Of a stretch of DNA of 45,646 nucleotides, positions 19,561 to 28,903 are shown in pieces. A model generated the notes under the pieces. The model was not told the origin of the DNA. It saw only the letters and a program-made list of their open reading frames with translations, and searched no databases. The stretch is from a virus (taxonomy: Duplodnaviria; Caudoviricetes): the IMG/VR virus record IMGVR_UViG_3300017784_005596, positions 1 through 45,646 of that record. One strand, written 5' to 3'. How positions within the stretch are numbered: position 1 is the stretch's first letter; every line of letters starts with the position of its first letter. The position numbers and the translations under genes were made by a program.

Positions 19561-21987
19561 TTACGAACCACATCCAAAACATTCAAATTCCGAATCTGTT
19601 GGTTTTGTTGTTGTCTCAATAACACTAACTTTTGGTTTTTCTTGTTTAGTCGTTGATTGATTCACTTTTGAAATATCCACAGCCAAGTGTTTTGCTCCGG
19701 TTGATATCGCTTTAGTTCTAACATAATAACAAAGAGTTTTCAATCCTTTACCCCATGAATGGAAGTGTGATGATGAAATTTTTGATAATGTTGGTTCTGA
19801 CATATAGATATTCATTGATTGTGATTGGTCAATGAATGGTGCTCTGTCTGCCGCCATATCAATAAGTTCTCTTTGAGATATCTCCCAAATTGTTTTGTAT
19901 TTTGGAATTAAATGTTCAATTCTTTTAACTTTCTTATTGTAATTCTTGTCTTCTTGGTCAAGATAATTATTAAAGTTAATGTTTTGAACCGAACCCTCAT
20001 TCATAATAATTTCATTTTTCAAATCCTCAGACCAAATACCAATTTTTTCAAAATCATTAATTAAGTATTTGTTAACAATTAAAATTTCTCCCCCAACTAC
20101 ACGACGATTAAATAATGCCGAGTGAGCTGGTTCAGTCATTTCAAATGAACCTGTAATCTTAGCCGAAGAGGCAACTGGCATCTGAGCCGTGAATAACGAG
20201 TTACAAACTCCGTAGTTAGATACATCTGATTTAAGTGTATCCCAATCCCACATTCTACTTAACCCTTCGTAATCTAATCCCCACATATCAAATTGGAATT
20301 CTCCTTTTGACATTGGTGAACCTTTAAAGAATTCGTATGGTCTGTATTCACCTGATTTACATAATTCCATACTTTCGGTGATAGCCGCGAAGTAGATAGT
20401 TTCAAAGATTTGTTTATTAAGTTTTTTTGCCTCTTCAGTTGTGAAGATATAGTCCATTAAGAAGAATACGTCAGCAAGACCTTGAGTTCCAATTGCAATT
20501 GCTCTTTGTTCTAAACCACCTTTTCTACCTTGTTCAGTTGAGTAACTATTAATATCAACAACTTTGTTAAGTGCTCTAACAACTTTTCTAACTTCACTAT
20601 AAAGTAATTTAAAATCAAACTCACCTTTAATAATAAAGTTTTTTAATACCATTGATGATAATGTACAGATTGCTGTAGTGTTCTCATCCGTATATTGGTA
20701 AATCTCATTACATAGGTTAGATTGTTTAATCACCCCGATGTTTTGATGGTTTGTTTTTCTGTTAGCACTATCCTTAGAACATAAATAAGGAACCCCTGTT
20801 TCAACTTGAGATTCAATAATTTTGTTCCAAATTGTTTGAGCTTTAACTTTCTTACCTAAACCAAGTTCAACTGCTTTGTTATAATTTGATTCATACTCAT
20901 CACCATAGGCTTCTTGTAATGGTTTGATACCCGCCTTTTTAATATCATTAGGACAGAACAAGTACCAATCACTATTGTTCTTAACCGCATTCATAAAGTT
21001 GTCTGGTAACCAAATCGAGGTAAATAAATCTTTCGCTCTTAATTCCTCAGCACCTGTATTCTTTTTAATTTCAAGTAAGTCAATAATGTCTTTATGCCAA
21101 GGTTCAATGTAGATAGCAGCACTACCCGGTCTTCTTCCTTGTTGATTAAAGAATCTTAATCCTTCATTAACAATTTTTAGGTATTTTAATAGTCCCCCCG
21201 CGAATCCACCTGATGAGTTAATTCTACTTTCTTTACTACGAATGTTAGACATACATAGACCAATACCAGCCGCGTCAGACGAATACGTTGAAATGTCGTT
21301 GAATGTTTGTAATAGACCTTCTCTTGAATCCCCATTATTGTATTTCAATACACAAGACGCTAGTTGAGGTGTTTTAGTTCCCGCGTTAATCATAATTGGT
21401 GTTGCAGGAGAAATAAGTTGATTCGACAATGATTGGTAATACTCTACCGCTTGTTCAAATGATTTAGTAACCCATAGAGCAACTCTCATATACATATGTT
21501 GAGGTCTTTCAATTACTTTACCTTCAGGGTTTTTTAACAAATACATTTCCTGTAATGATTTCCACGCAAAATAATCAAAATTATAATCATTCTCGTGATT
21601 AATTACAGAATCAATATTTTTAGGACCATATAGTTCAATAGTTTCCATTAACTTATCATTAATGATTCCATCAACGTGTAAGGCGTGCATTGTGTTACAA
21701 AAACTTTCATCAGTTTCTTTATGGTATGCAGAAATAGCAACAGATGATGCCAATCTTGAGTAGTCGTGATGACTACCTGTATAAGATGCGGCAATCTCAT
21801 ATACCAATTTATCTAACTCTTTAGTTGTAATAAACCCTTCAGTTGGTACTGAAGTAATTACTTTAATAAAAATCTCGTCTGAGTTAACATTTAAACCTTT
21901 AGCCGCTCGTTTAACTCTATTGTAAATTTTTTGAGGGTTAAATGAAACTTCATCTCCCCCTCTTTTTTTAATCTTTAATGACATCAT
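19561..21987 (-). CDS. nrdA: Ribonucleoside-diphosphate reductase class Ia alpha subunit with ATP cone
   Basis: IKKRGG ATP cone, ERPQHMYMRVA, TPQLASC, SNLCNEI catalytic loop, KTLCYYVRT, C-terminal CFGCGS. Confidence 0.97.
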   Translation of the reverse strand: MMSLKIKKRGGDEVSFNPQKIYNRVKRAAKGLNVNSDEIFIKVITSVPTEGFITTKELDKLVYEIAASYTGSHHDYSRLASSVAISAYHKETDESFCNTMHALHVDGIINDKLMETIELYGPKNIDSVINHENDYNFDYFAWKSLQEMYLLKNPEGKVIERPQHMYMRVALWVTKSFEQAVEYYQSLSNQLISPATPIMINAGTKTPQLASCVLKYNNGDSREGLLQTFNDISTYSSDAAGIGLCMSNIRSKESRINSSGGFAGGLLKYLKIVNEGLRFFNQQGRRPGSAAIYIEPWHKDIIDLLEIKKNTGAEELRAKDLFTSIWLPDNFMNAVKNNSDWYLFCPNDIKKAGIKPLQEAYGDEYESNYNKAVELGLGKKVKAQTIWNKIIESQVETGVPYLCSKDSANRKTNHQNIGVIKQSNLCNEIYQYTDENTTAICTLSSMVLKNFIIKGEFDFKLLYSEVRKVVRALNKVVDINSYSTEQGRKGGLEQRAIAIGTQGLADVFFLMDYIFTTEEAKKLNKQIFETIYFAAITESMELCKSGEYRPYEFFKGSPMSKGEFQFDMWGLDYEGLSRMWDWDTLKSDVSNYGVCNSLFTAQMPVASSAKITGSFEMTEPAHSALFNRRVVGGEILIVNKYLINDFEKIGIWSEDLKNEIIMNEGSVQNINFNNYLDQEDKNYNKKVKRIEHLIPKYKTIWEISQRELIDMAADRAPFIDQSQSMNIYMSEPTLSKISSSHFHSWGKGLKTLCYYVRTKAISTGAKHLAVDISKVNQSTTKQEKPKVSVIETTTKPTDSEFECFGCGS

Positions 21988-21997
21988 ATGTTTTTAA

Positions 21998-22948
21998 TTA
22001 GAAATCTTCCGTGAATGTTAATGACTCACCTAATTTAGCCTTTTGGTACTCCATAGTTCTTGATTCAAAAAAGTTACCTTTTGTTTCAACAGCAATTTGT
22101 TCCATAAATTTAAATGGTTGGTCAACATTAAATTGTTTTTTACAACCAAATTTAACCAATAGCCCATCAGTTACAAATTCTAAATATTGTTTCATTAAAT
22201 TAGAATTCATACCGATTAAAGATACAGGTAAAGACTCTGTAATAAACTCTTTTTCAATCTCTAATGCAGATAATAATATTTCTTTAATTCTTTTTTCACT
22301 TGGTTTGTTTTCAACATGATTGTTAATCAAATGAATAGCAAAATCACAATGTAAGTTCTCATCTTTAAAGATTAATGAGTTAGCATTACATAATCCTTGC
22401 ATAATCCCTCTTGATTTCATCCAAAAGATAGAACAGAATGAACCTGAGAAGAAGATACCTTCAACCGCCGCGAAAGCAACCAATCTTTCTTGGAAGGAAG
22501 CATTCTCAATCCAATCAAGAGCCCATTTCGCTTTCTTTTGAACCGCAGGCAATCTATCAATGGCATGGAAACATTCGTCTTTTTCTTTATCATCAGACAC
22601 ATAAGTATCAATTAATAATGAGTACATTAACGAGTGAATATTCTCCATCATAATTTGGAATCCGTAAAAGAATTTTGCTTCAGCATACTGAACTTCTTTT
22701 AAGAAATTCTCGGCTAAGTTCTCATTTACAATACCATCAGACGCGGCAAAAAACGCTAATATATTTTTAAGAAAGTATCTCTCATTGTCAGATAGGTTTT
22801 CCCAATCTCTAATATCGTTAGATAAATCCACTTCTTCCGCAGTCCAAAACGCCGCTTGGTGTTGTTTATAAAATTCCCATATATCATTATGTTCGATAGG
22901 GAAAATGACAAATCTGTCATTATTTGGTTCTAATATTTTTTCTTTCAT
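21998..22948 (-). CDS. nrdB: Ribonucleoside-diphosphate reductase class Ia beta subunit
   Basis: [37 protein letters not shown] (radical Tyr), [19 protein letters not shown]. Confidence 0.97.
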   Translation of the reverse strand: MKEKILEPNNDRFVIFPIEHNDIWEFYKQHQAAFWTAEEVDLSNDIRDWENLSDNERYFLKNILAFFAASDGIVNENLAENFLKEVQYAEAKFFYGFQIMMENIHSLMYSLLIDTYVSDDKEKDECFHAIDRLPAVQKKAKWALDWIENASFQERLVAFAAVEGIFFSGSFCSIFWMKSRGIMQGLCNANSLIFKDENLHCDFAIHLINNHVENKPSEKRIKEILLSALEIEKEFITESLPVSLIGMNSNLMKQYLEFVTDGLLVKFGCKKQFNVDQPFKFMEQIAVETKGNFFESRTMEYQKAKLGESLTFTEDF

Positions 22949-22956
22949 GTTTTAAA

Positions 22957-24345
22957 TTAAATTTGTGTTTGTTGACTTTGTTGTTCTCTTTGTTTTCTTT
23001 TTTCTAAAAGTTCTTTAACTCTATCTTTTTTTCTATCTTCTTGTTGTGCTTCAAACCCTAAGAATGTCACTGAACTTTCTGTGTCGATTTCAAGTAATTC
23101 GTTATTAAATTTACAGTTTTCGAACACAACTCCATCTTGTCCTAAACGACTTTTAGTAATAGCGATGGTTGCAAGACCCATCTCTTTTTGTTGTAATGTT
23201 TTAGCCACCGAAATAATTACGTGACCAACCTGAGCCTTTTTAATTGACCCACCCATTTGGTCTGTAGTTACAACTTCCGATGAAATTGAAGCCCTGTTAC
23301 CTTGTGTTGCAGTCCAACCAACTAAATCAAGTTCGTGACACATAGCCTCAAATCCTCTCATTACTGACCCTTCCGCTTTCCACTCATCTTTACTAGTTGA
23401 TTCCGGTAGTACACAATCAATATAGTCCAATAAAACCATATCAAGTTTAACACCATCAGCAATCATCTTTCTAACCTGATTTTTAATTTGACTCATAGTC
23501 ATCGTATCTGATGCCAATTTGTGTAAAACTAATCTGTTTTGCATTGTCTCTTTAATCTCCGTTATTTTACTCATCACCTCTTCTTTGTATTGAACCAAAT
23601 TATCCGGTTCAATACCAGTCCACATTGTAAAATGTTTTCTTTGAATAATTTTTGGGTTGTCTTCAAAAAATATTTGTAATACATTATACCCTAAATTAAA
23701 TGCCGTGTTTGCTATTTTTGATAAGATAGTTGTTTTACCCACACCTGTCGGAGCAAGTATAACTCCAATCTCCCCTTTAGCCAAACCACCTTTCAATAGT
23801 TTATCAATACCTTTAATTCCCATTGGAATTGGATGACGATAATCCTCATCAAGTACGGTATCTAAATTAGCGAAGATATCAGTTTGACCTTTATCTATTA
23901 CTCCAACCTGTAATGCATCTCTTACAAGTCCTTCTACCTTATCATAAGACTCAAAATCCCCTTGAGTAATAATTTTTTGAGCCTTGTCCATCGCCTTTTG
24001 AAGTTCTTGTTGTTTACAGAACTTCAATGCTTTCTCCTGAACAAAAGTCGTCCCTTCAAATGGCGCATCTTTGATTTGAGTTAATGTGTCCAAAACAATC
24101 TTGGCAACCATCTCTTGAGAGATTTCAGACTTAACTATCTGTTCAAGGGTATCGAAATTAGGAGTAGATTCGTATTTCTTGTAGTACTCTTTTGTCATCT
24201 GTAAAATGATTTTAAAGTACTTGTTATCGAAATAGATTGGCTCAATAACATCCATAATTGAAGATGAAAAGTCCTTATCTAATATAATCTGATTCAGTAA
24301 TTGTATTTGAAATGTGTTCCCTAAATAATCGAAATTTTTATTCAT
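22957..24345 (-). CDS. dnaB: Replicative DNA helicase, DnaB/T4 gp41-like
   Basis: IPMGIKGIDKLLKGGLAKGE, Walker A APTGVGKT, Walker B LLDYID, TATQGNR, KSRLG. Confidence 0.9.
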   Translation of the reverse strand: MNKNFDYLGNTFQIQLLNQIILDKDFSSSIMDVIEPIYFDNKYFKIILQMTKEYYKKYESTPNFDTLEQIVKSEISQEMVAKIVLDTLTQIKDAPFEGTTFVQEKALKFCKQQELQKAMDKAQKIITQGDFESYDKVEGLVRDALQVGVIDKGQTDIFANLDTVLDEDYRHPIPMGIKGIDKLLKGGLAKGEIGVILAPTGVGKTTILSKIANTAFNLGYNVLQIFFEDNPKIIQRKHFTMWTGIEPDNLVQYKEEVMSKITEIKETMQNRLVLHKLASDTMTMSQIKNQVRKMIADGVKLDMVLLDYIDCVLPESTSKDEWKAEGSVMRGFEAMCHELDLVGWTATQGNRASISSEVVTTDQMGGSIKKAQVGHVIISVAKTLQQKEMGLATIAITKSRLGQDGVVFENCKFNNELLEIDTESSVTFLGFEAQQEDRKKDRVKELLEKRKQREQQSQQTQI

Positions 24346-24382
24346 AAATTGTTTTAAAAGTTATCCTTGTATTATTAAATAC

Positions 24383-24835
24383 TTACTTACTTAAGTCAAG
24401 TTCCAAATAATTATAACTTAATTTTTTATCTGAAAAAATGTCAGTCAATCCTCGAAGTCTTTCCTTTAGGAAAGGTCTTACATCAACAGTATAACGAACT
24501 TTTGGTGGATAAAATTTTCCATCAAAAATTCTATGACAAATTGTCTGTTCACCTAATTTGATAATAATGTTAAACACTTCAGGTCCATCAGTGAACGATG
24601 TGTCCATAATACTTGGGTCATGCATAATTGAATCTTGGTTATCCATCATATACGCTAATGTCTTCATTTTCAAGTATTCTTGAAGTTCTTCCTTGAACTC
24701 AGCAACGAATTCATATAGTTCAATCGAACTTTTTGCTTTTGGGTTAAACCCTCTTACGTTAAAGAATCTTTGGACTACGATGTTATCGTTTAATGTCAAT
24801 AAAAATTCCATCTTAGTGCTTTCTTGCTCTCTCAT
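24383..24835 (-). CDS. Hypothetical protein (150 aa) in the replication cassette
   Basis: ORF tightly packed between the exonuclease and helicase genes; no recognised motif. Confidence 0.7.
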   Translation of the reverse strand: MREQESTKMEFLLTLNDNIVVQRFFNVRGFNPKAKSSIELYEFVAEFKEELQEYLKMKTLAYMMDNQDSIMHDPSIMDTSFTDGPEVFNIIIKLGEQTICHRIFDGKFYPPKVRYTVDVRPFLKERLRGLTDIFSDKKLSYNYLELDLSK

Positions 24836-24839
24836 AAAT

Positions 24840-25841
24840 TTAATTTTTGTTTGTGTTTCGTTTTTCTTTTCTTGTTAATTTCATAAATGGTCTTAGGAAG
24901 TTTACCCAAGCTTCATCATTTTTTGGAAGATATTTGAAGAGTCCGTCCTCCATCATCATTCTCATTAAGTTTTTGTATCCCCTATCAGTAGGGTCAATCG
25001 TGTCGGTTATAATTTGTTCGACTAATTCTTTTCCATCATTAGTTATTAAGGGGTTAGATAAATCAACTATTTTTTTGTTTGTAGTGTAAAACTCTTCACC
25101 AAGTATACCATTTTTTGTTTTACCAGTCAAAATATTTTCCAAAACTTTTGATTTCTTTTCCTGCACGATAATTCCGGCATTAACCCTTATTTCGTTTATA
25201 GTGCATGGTTTAACCAGCATATCAGGGAATAATTTAACTAAAGTTTTTTCCCCTAAACCTTCAATTCCACTAATGTTATCTGAACTATCTCCGGTAAGAA
25301 TCTTACAAAGTAATACATTATAGTGAGGTATCTGAATTTTATTAATTGTAATCATATCACCCTGTTTAAAGTATTGTTTTGCGTTTGGCGAGTAAATGGT
25401 TACCTTATCTGAAATAAGCTGTGTAAGGTCTTTATCTGATGAAAAAATGGTAATCTCTTCATTAGTTGCTCTCTGACAATAATAAGCAATCAAGTCATCC
25501 GCCTCATTATAAACCATCTCAACTTGTCTAACAAAGACTTCCTCAAGATATTCTTTAATACGAGCGTTTTGTTGTAGATATGATTCGTACTTAAACTCAT
25601 TCATATCTTGTTTTCTATTTCCTTTATATTGTGGATAAAGTTCTTTCCGAGTGGATGAACTATGTTCGGCATCCCAGAACACAACTACTTTATCGTAGTT
25701 ATGTTCCTCAAGGAATTTCCGAATTGTATTTATAAAGTGGTAAATAGCTCCTAAGTGACTTCCATCACTATAAAGGTCTTTTACTCCGTGGAATCCAATC
25801 TTCATTAAGTTGGAACCGTCTACTAATAATGTTTTAATCAC
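24840..25841 (-). CDS. 5'-3' exonuclease / flap endonuclease (PolI N-terminal / T4 RNase H-like); GTG start
   Basis: LLVDGSNL, VFWD, RKELYPQYKGNR, EADDLIA, SSDKDLTQL, LTGDSSDNISGIEGLGEKT. Confidence 0.92.
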   Translation of the reverse strand: MIKTLLVDGSNLMKIGFHGVKDLYSDGSHLGAIYHFINTIRKFLEEHNYDKVVVFWDAEHSSSTRKELYPQYKGNRKQDMNEFKYESYLQQNARIKEYLEEVFVRQVEMVYNEADDLIAYYCQRATNEEITIFSSDKDLTQLISDKVTIYSPNAKQYFKQGDMITINKIQIPHYNVLLCKILTGDSSDNISGIEGLGEKTLVKLFPDMLVKPCTINEIRVNAGIIVQEKKSKVLENILTGKTKNGILGEEFYTTNKKIVDLSNPLITNDGKELVEQIITDTIDPTDRGYKNLMRMMMEDGLFKYLPKNDEAWVNFLRPFMKLTRKEKRNTNKN

Positions 25842-25868
25842 ATTGGTGATTTAGAGGTAAATAATATT

Positions 25869-26879
25869 TTAAAATTCTTTTTCTTCTTTTTCTTCTTTTA
25901 GGTCAAAGTCGCCATCCGTTCCAATGATGTTTTTCCAATATTCCGCATATTCTTTTTTATATTTTTCAATATTAATTTTTTCTTCCGCCGAATCTTTACC
26001 CGCAATGAATCCGTGTGGTGTTACAATAATTTTTCCATCATCATAACCTAATCCATTGATGTGATTTTTCATTACCGAAACTTTTGTTCTTGACGCAAAC
26101 TTAATAGTTCGTTTATCTTTAGTTGCAGTAATCTTAGTTGTTCCAGCACCTTTTTGGTTTCCAAATAAATAAACCAATGATGAGTTTAACCAAATTGCTT
26201 CTCCACCTTTAGCTTTAATCTTTGGTTGACCGAATGGATTATCAGGTAATTCAACCCATGGCTGATTAACAATAATTAAAGTATTCTCATATTTTGAATC
26301 AGATTTACGAGAACCTGAGATTCTTTGGTTGATACCCATTCCAATCTTATCGGCTAATGCAGAGGCATTATGCTGCTTTCCACCTTTGCCTTCATAAGTC
26401 ATTTTACAAGGAACAGAACCAACTGAATCCCACATAAAACATAAACTGTAATCCAAATTGCCTTTTTCTTGTTCGTCCAATAAGTTATTGATATAATCCG
26501 TAATTTGTTCAATATAGTTAAAGTTATTATTAAATATGTAAAATCCATCCCAATCTAATTCACCGGTTTCTTCATCAACAACTTCCTGACAATCAAACCC
26601 CATTAACTTAGCGTGTTCAAATGACCATTTTTGTTCTGTAATAATAAAGACAGGTAAAATACCTTTCTTTTGAGCATCAACCGCTGTTTTTACAAGTGCA
26701 GTTGTTTTACCCGTATCCGAGTGACCCAAGAACATATTAAGATGTCCAATAGCCGGTCCCGGTAATCCAACCGCATCTAAGAAATCCGGACCTAAGTCAA
26801 AAAATCTTTGTGGCTTATATTTTGCAGATACTGAGAACTTATCTTTAATTGACTTAAAATCGTTTTTCTTAATCGCCAT
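25869..26879 (-). CDS. recA: RecA/UvsX-like recombinase
   Basis: Walker A GHSDTGKTT, Walker B FMWDSVG, IIVNQ, KGGEAI, KNHI. A divergent phage-type member of the family. Confidence 0.85.
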   Translation of the reverse strand: MAIKKNDFKSIKDKFSVSAKYKPQRFFDLGPDFLDAVGLPGPAIGHLNMFLGHSDTGKTTALVKTAVDAQKKGILPVFIITEQKWSFEHAKLMGFDCQEVVDEETGELDWDGFYIFNNNFNYIEQITDYINNLLDEQEKGNLDYSLCFMWDSVGSVPCKMTYEGKGGKQHNASALADKIGMGINQRISGSRKSDSKYENTLIIVNQPWVELPDNPFGQPKIKAKGGEAIWLNSSLVYLFGNQKGAGTTKITATKDKRTIKFASRTKVSVMKNHINGLGYDDGKIIVTPHGFIAGKDSAEEKINIEKYKKEYAEYWKNIIGTDGDFDLKEEKEEKEF

Positions 26880-27165
26880 TTTCTATTTTTTTTATGTGTG
26901 GTAATTTGTTTGTTTTATTTCTATTGTATTTTGAAGAATCTTCACCATATAGTACATCAATTTCTTCTTCATGAAAAGTAATTAATCGAATACTAATTAC
27001 ACCTTCTTCATTAGTCCCTTCATCTAACATTCCAAACAAAACTGTTTCACCAATTTGTTTATCTCTACCCGAGAAGTATCCTTTATCTTTTAGTTGACTT
27101 AATATTTCATAAGACAACATTTTATTATCCCTTAATTGTAGGTCAATTTCTTCTTTAAATGTCAT
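26869..27165 (-). CDS. Hypothetical protein (98 aa)
   Basis: ORF overlapping the start of the RecA-like gene, with an AT-rich leader. Confidence 0.6.
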   Translation of the reverse strand: MTFKEEIDLQLRDNKMLSYEILSQLKDKGYFSGRDKQIGETVLFGMLDEGTNEEGVISIRLITFHEEEIDVLYGEDSSKYNRNKTNKLPHIKKIENGD

Positions 27166-27170
27166 ATGAT

Positions 27171-27209
27171 AAAATTAAAATGTATGGTACCATACAAGGT
27201 ACCATACAA
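27171..27209 (-). terminator. Hairpin/terminator with nested 16-bp palindrome and 12-bp tandem repeat downstream of SSB
   Basis: TGTATGGTACCATACA (27181-27196) is a perfect palindrome. GGTACCATACAA occurs at 27186-27197 and 27198-27209. Followed on the minus strand by TTTTAATTTT. Confidence 0.6.
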
Positions 27210-27219
27210 GATGTTTATT

Positions 27220-27240
27220 TTAGAAAGGTAGTTTTTCCAT
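27220..27240 (-). other. Mini-ORF MEKLPF* directly after the SSB stop
   Basis: Minus strand ...GAG CTT CCA TTC TAA A ATG GAA AAA CTA CCT TTC TAA. Translation is unproven. Confidence 0.3.
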
Positions 27241-27241
27241 T

Positions 27242-28096
27242 TTAGAATGGAAGCTCTTCATCCGGTAAATCATTTGCTTGAGGGTCAACCGGTGCAGAAC
27301 TTTGAGATTTTCCACCACCAAATGATTCTGTATTTACTGAATCACTTTCGTAAGCGTATCCCCCTTTTTCAGAATCCCATTTTGGTGTTTCTCCACGAGC
27401 AATTGCTTCAAGATATTCAACAGGTTTTTTAGAGTAAACGTCTAACCAAGTTAATTCGTCAGTAATCCAAGCGTTTGCTTGTGCCGGGTCAGTATGTACC
27501 GGACCTTGGTCTTCGTACATAATTGTAGATACTGCAGTATATTCTTTACCATTTGGAGCTTTTGTTTTATTTAATTCAATGATTAAATCTCTACCAATTT
27601 TAGCATCGGTAATATCTCCTTTGTTTCTCCAAATTGGAATGATTTTATCTAAGATACCATCATTTTTGTAATTGTGTTTAAATCTCCAAAATTTTGGTCC
27701 ATCTTCTTCTTTATCTCTATCAATAACTTTTACGATATAGAATTTACGAGAACGATACTGAGCCGCCAATTGTTTGTCTGATTCTTTTCCGGTTGAAATT
27801 AACTCCTCATAAACCTCATTTAAAGGTGAACGTTCGTTATCATTTTTTCCCGGGTCGTAGAATTTTTGCCATTGCCCCCCTACTTGTATCTCATGATACC
27901 AAGCTTCTTTAAATGGTGATGAACCATCGCTTGTAGGTAAGATTCTAACTCTTCTTTGTCCAGATTGCTCCTTATCACTTAAGATAAGTGCAAAATATTT
28001 TTTCATTCTTTCGTCTTGCGACATTTTCCCTTGGGCTCCGCCCCCTGATTGTTTTGAATTTTCGTACTGTGCCAATACGGCGTCTAATGAACTCAT
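27242..28096 (-). CDS. Single-stranded DNA-binding protein, T4 gp32-like
   Basis: RVRILP..GSSPF...YH...SPLNE...RKFY..VIDR...GPKFWRF...DITD...GRDL aligns by eye with the gp32 core. Acidic tail DEELPF. Sits upstream of the RecA-like gene. Confidence 0.85.
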   Translation of the reverse strand: MSSLDAVLAQYENSKQSGGGAQGKMSQDERMKKYFALILSDKEQSGQRRVRILPTSDGSSPFKEAWYHEIQVGGQWQKFYDPGKNDNERSPLNEVYEELISTGKESDKQLAAQYRSRKFYIVKVIDRDKEEDGPKFWRFKHNYKNDGILDKIIPIWRNKGDITDAKIGRDLIIELNKTKAPNGKEYTAVSTIMYEDQGPVHTDPAQANAWITDELTWLDVYSKKPVEYLEAIARGETPKWDSEKGGYAYESDSVNTESFGGGKSQSSAPVDPQANDLPDEELPF

Positions 28097-28128
28097 GTGT
28101 TATAAAATTAATTTGTTAAATTGTTAGA

Positions 28129-28160
28129 TAAAGATAGGTGATAAATAGTAAAAAGTCAAA
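28129..28160 (-). promoter_or_regulatory. Host-RNAP-type promoter for the replication cassette
   Basis: Minus strand TTTG-N20-TATCTTTA, one mismatch to the Bacteroidota TTTG/TAnnTTTG consensus. Also readable as TTGACT-N17-TATCTT. Confidence 0.6.
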
Positions 28161-28162
28161 TT

Positions 28163-28189
28163 AAAAAAGGTGTCCGTTAAGACACCTTT
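28163..28189 (-). terminator. Intrinsic terminator after the 232-aa gene
   Basis: Minus strand AAAGGTGTC-TTAACG-GACACCTTT followed by TTT. Confidence 0.85.
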
Positions 28190-28199
28190 AAATTTTTTG

Positions 28200-28898
28200 T
28201 TATCGTTTGAATGATGTTTTATATTCATCTTCTTGAGGATTTGGTCGGAATGAATTTTTAATATCATTTGTATTAATATCTTCAACTTCGTCTGAAGTTA
28301 AAACATATTCATTTTTTCCTGTTTTTTCCATTTCATCTTGTTTGTCATCAAAGAATTGTGAAAGTTTTTGATTAAATGGGTATGAATCATAACTTCTCAA
28401 CTCTAATTTTTCTTGAGGAGTTTTTTCACGATACTTCTCAATTTTACTTTCAAGTGAATTTAATTTGTTCATAACATTATCCATCTCACTTAATTTAGCT
28501 TCTAAGTTAGACAATTGGTTAAACAAGTTTTCGAAATATTCTTCTTGTTTTGTTTCAATATTTTTTTGAGAATTAACCAAATCTGTTATTTCAAGTTCTT
28601 CAGACTCTTCACCTTCAGTTCCTTTTTCTTCAGATTCTCCTTCATCGTCAATTTTTTCTACGTCAGGGTCATTTGCAACATCGATTGGTTGTGGTGCCGT
28701 ATCTCCCGGGGCTGGCGGTGGTACCGCTTCAGAAGGTGCCGGTGCTGGTGGAGCTTCTCCTCCTGCAGGTGGTGGAGGTGTTAAGGCCTCCAACCCAGCT
28801 GTTGGGTCTTCAGGTACCTCAGCATCTTGTTCCATAATATACTTATTAATATTATGATATCTTGATATTTCTTGTATTAATTTTTTATCTAAATCCAT
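28200..28898 (-). CDS. Acidic Pro-rich coiled-coil protein (232 aa), possible prohead/internal head protein
   Basis: N-terminal LIQEISRY...IMEQ helix, PPPPAGGEAPPAPAP linker, Glu-rich region, heptad-like LFNQLSNLEAKLSEMDNVMNKLNSLESKI. Confidence 0.6.
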   Translation of the reverse strand: MDLDKKLIQEISRYHNINKYIMEQDAEVPEDPTAGLEALTPPPPAGGEAPPAPAPSEAVPPPAPGDTAPQPIDVANDPDVEKIDDEGESEEKGTEGEESEELEITDLVNSQKNIETKQEEYFENLFNQLSNLEAKLSEMDNVMNKLNSLESKIEKYREKTPQEKLELRSYDSYPFNQKLSQFFDDKQDEMEKTGKNEYVLTSDEVEDINTNDIKNSFRPNPQEDEYKTSFKR

Positions 28899-28903
28899 TT
28901 TGA

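Noticed and set aside
19561-22948. Eukaryotic giant virus origin suggested by the eukaryote-like RNR
   Set aside because: Surrounded by myovirus tail genes, bacterial-type terminators and TAATG-coupled operons.
19561-26879. Inteins, introns or homing endonucleases in nrdA, nrdB, helicase or RecA
   Set aside because: Proteins have normal lengths and contiguous motifs; no splicing or endonuclease signatures seen.
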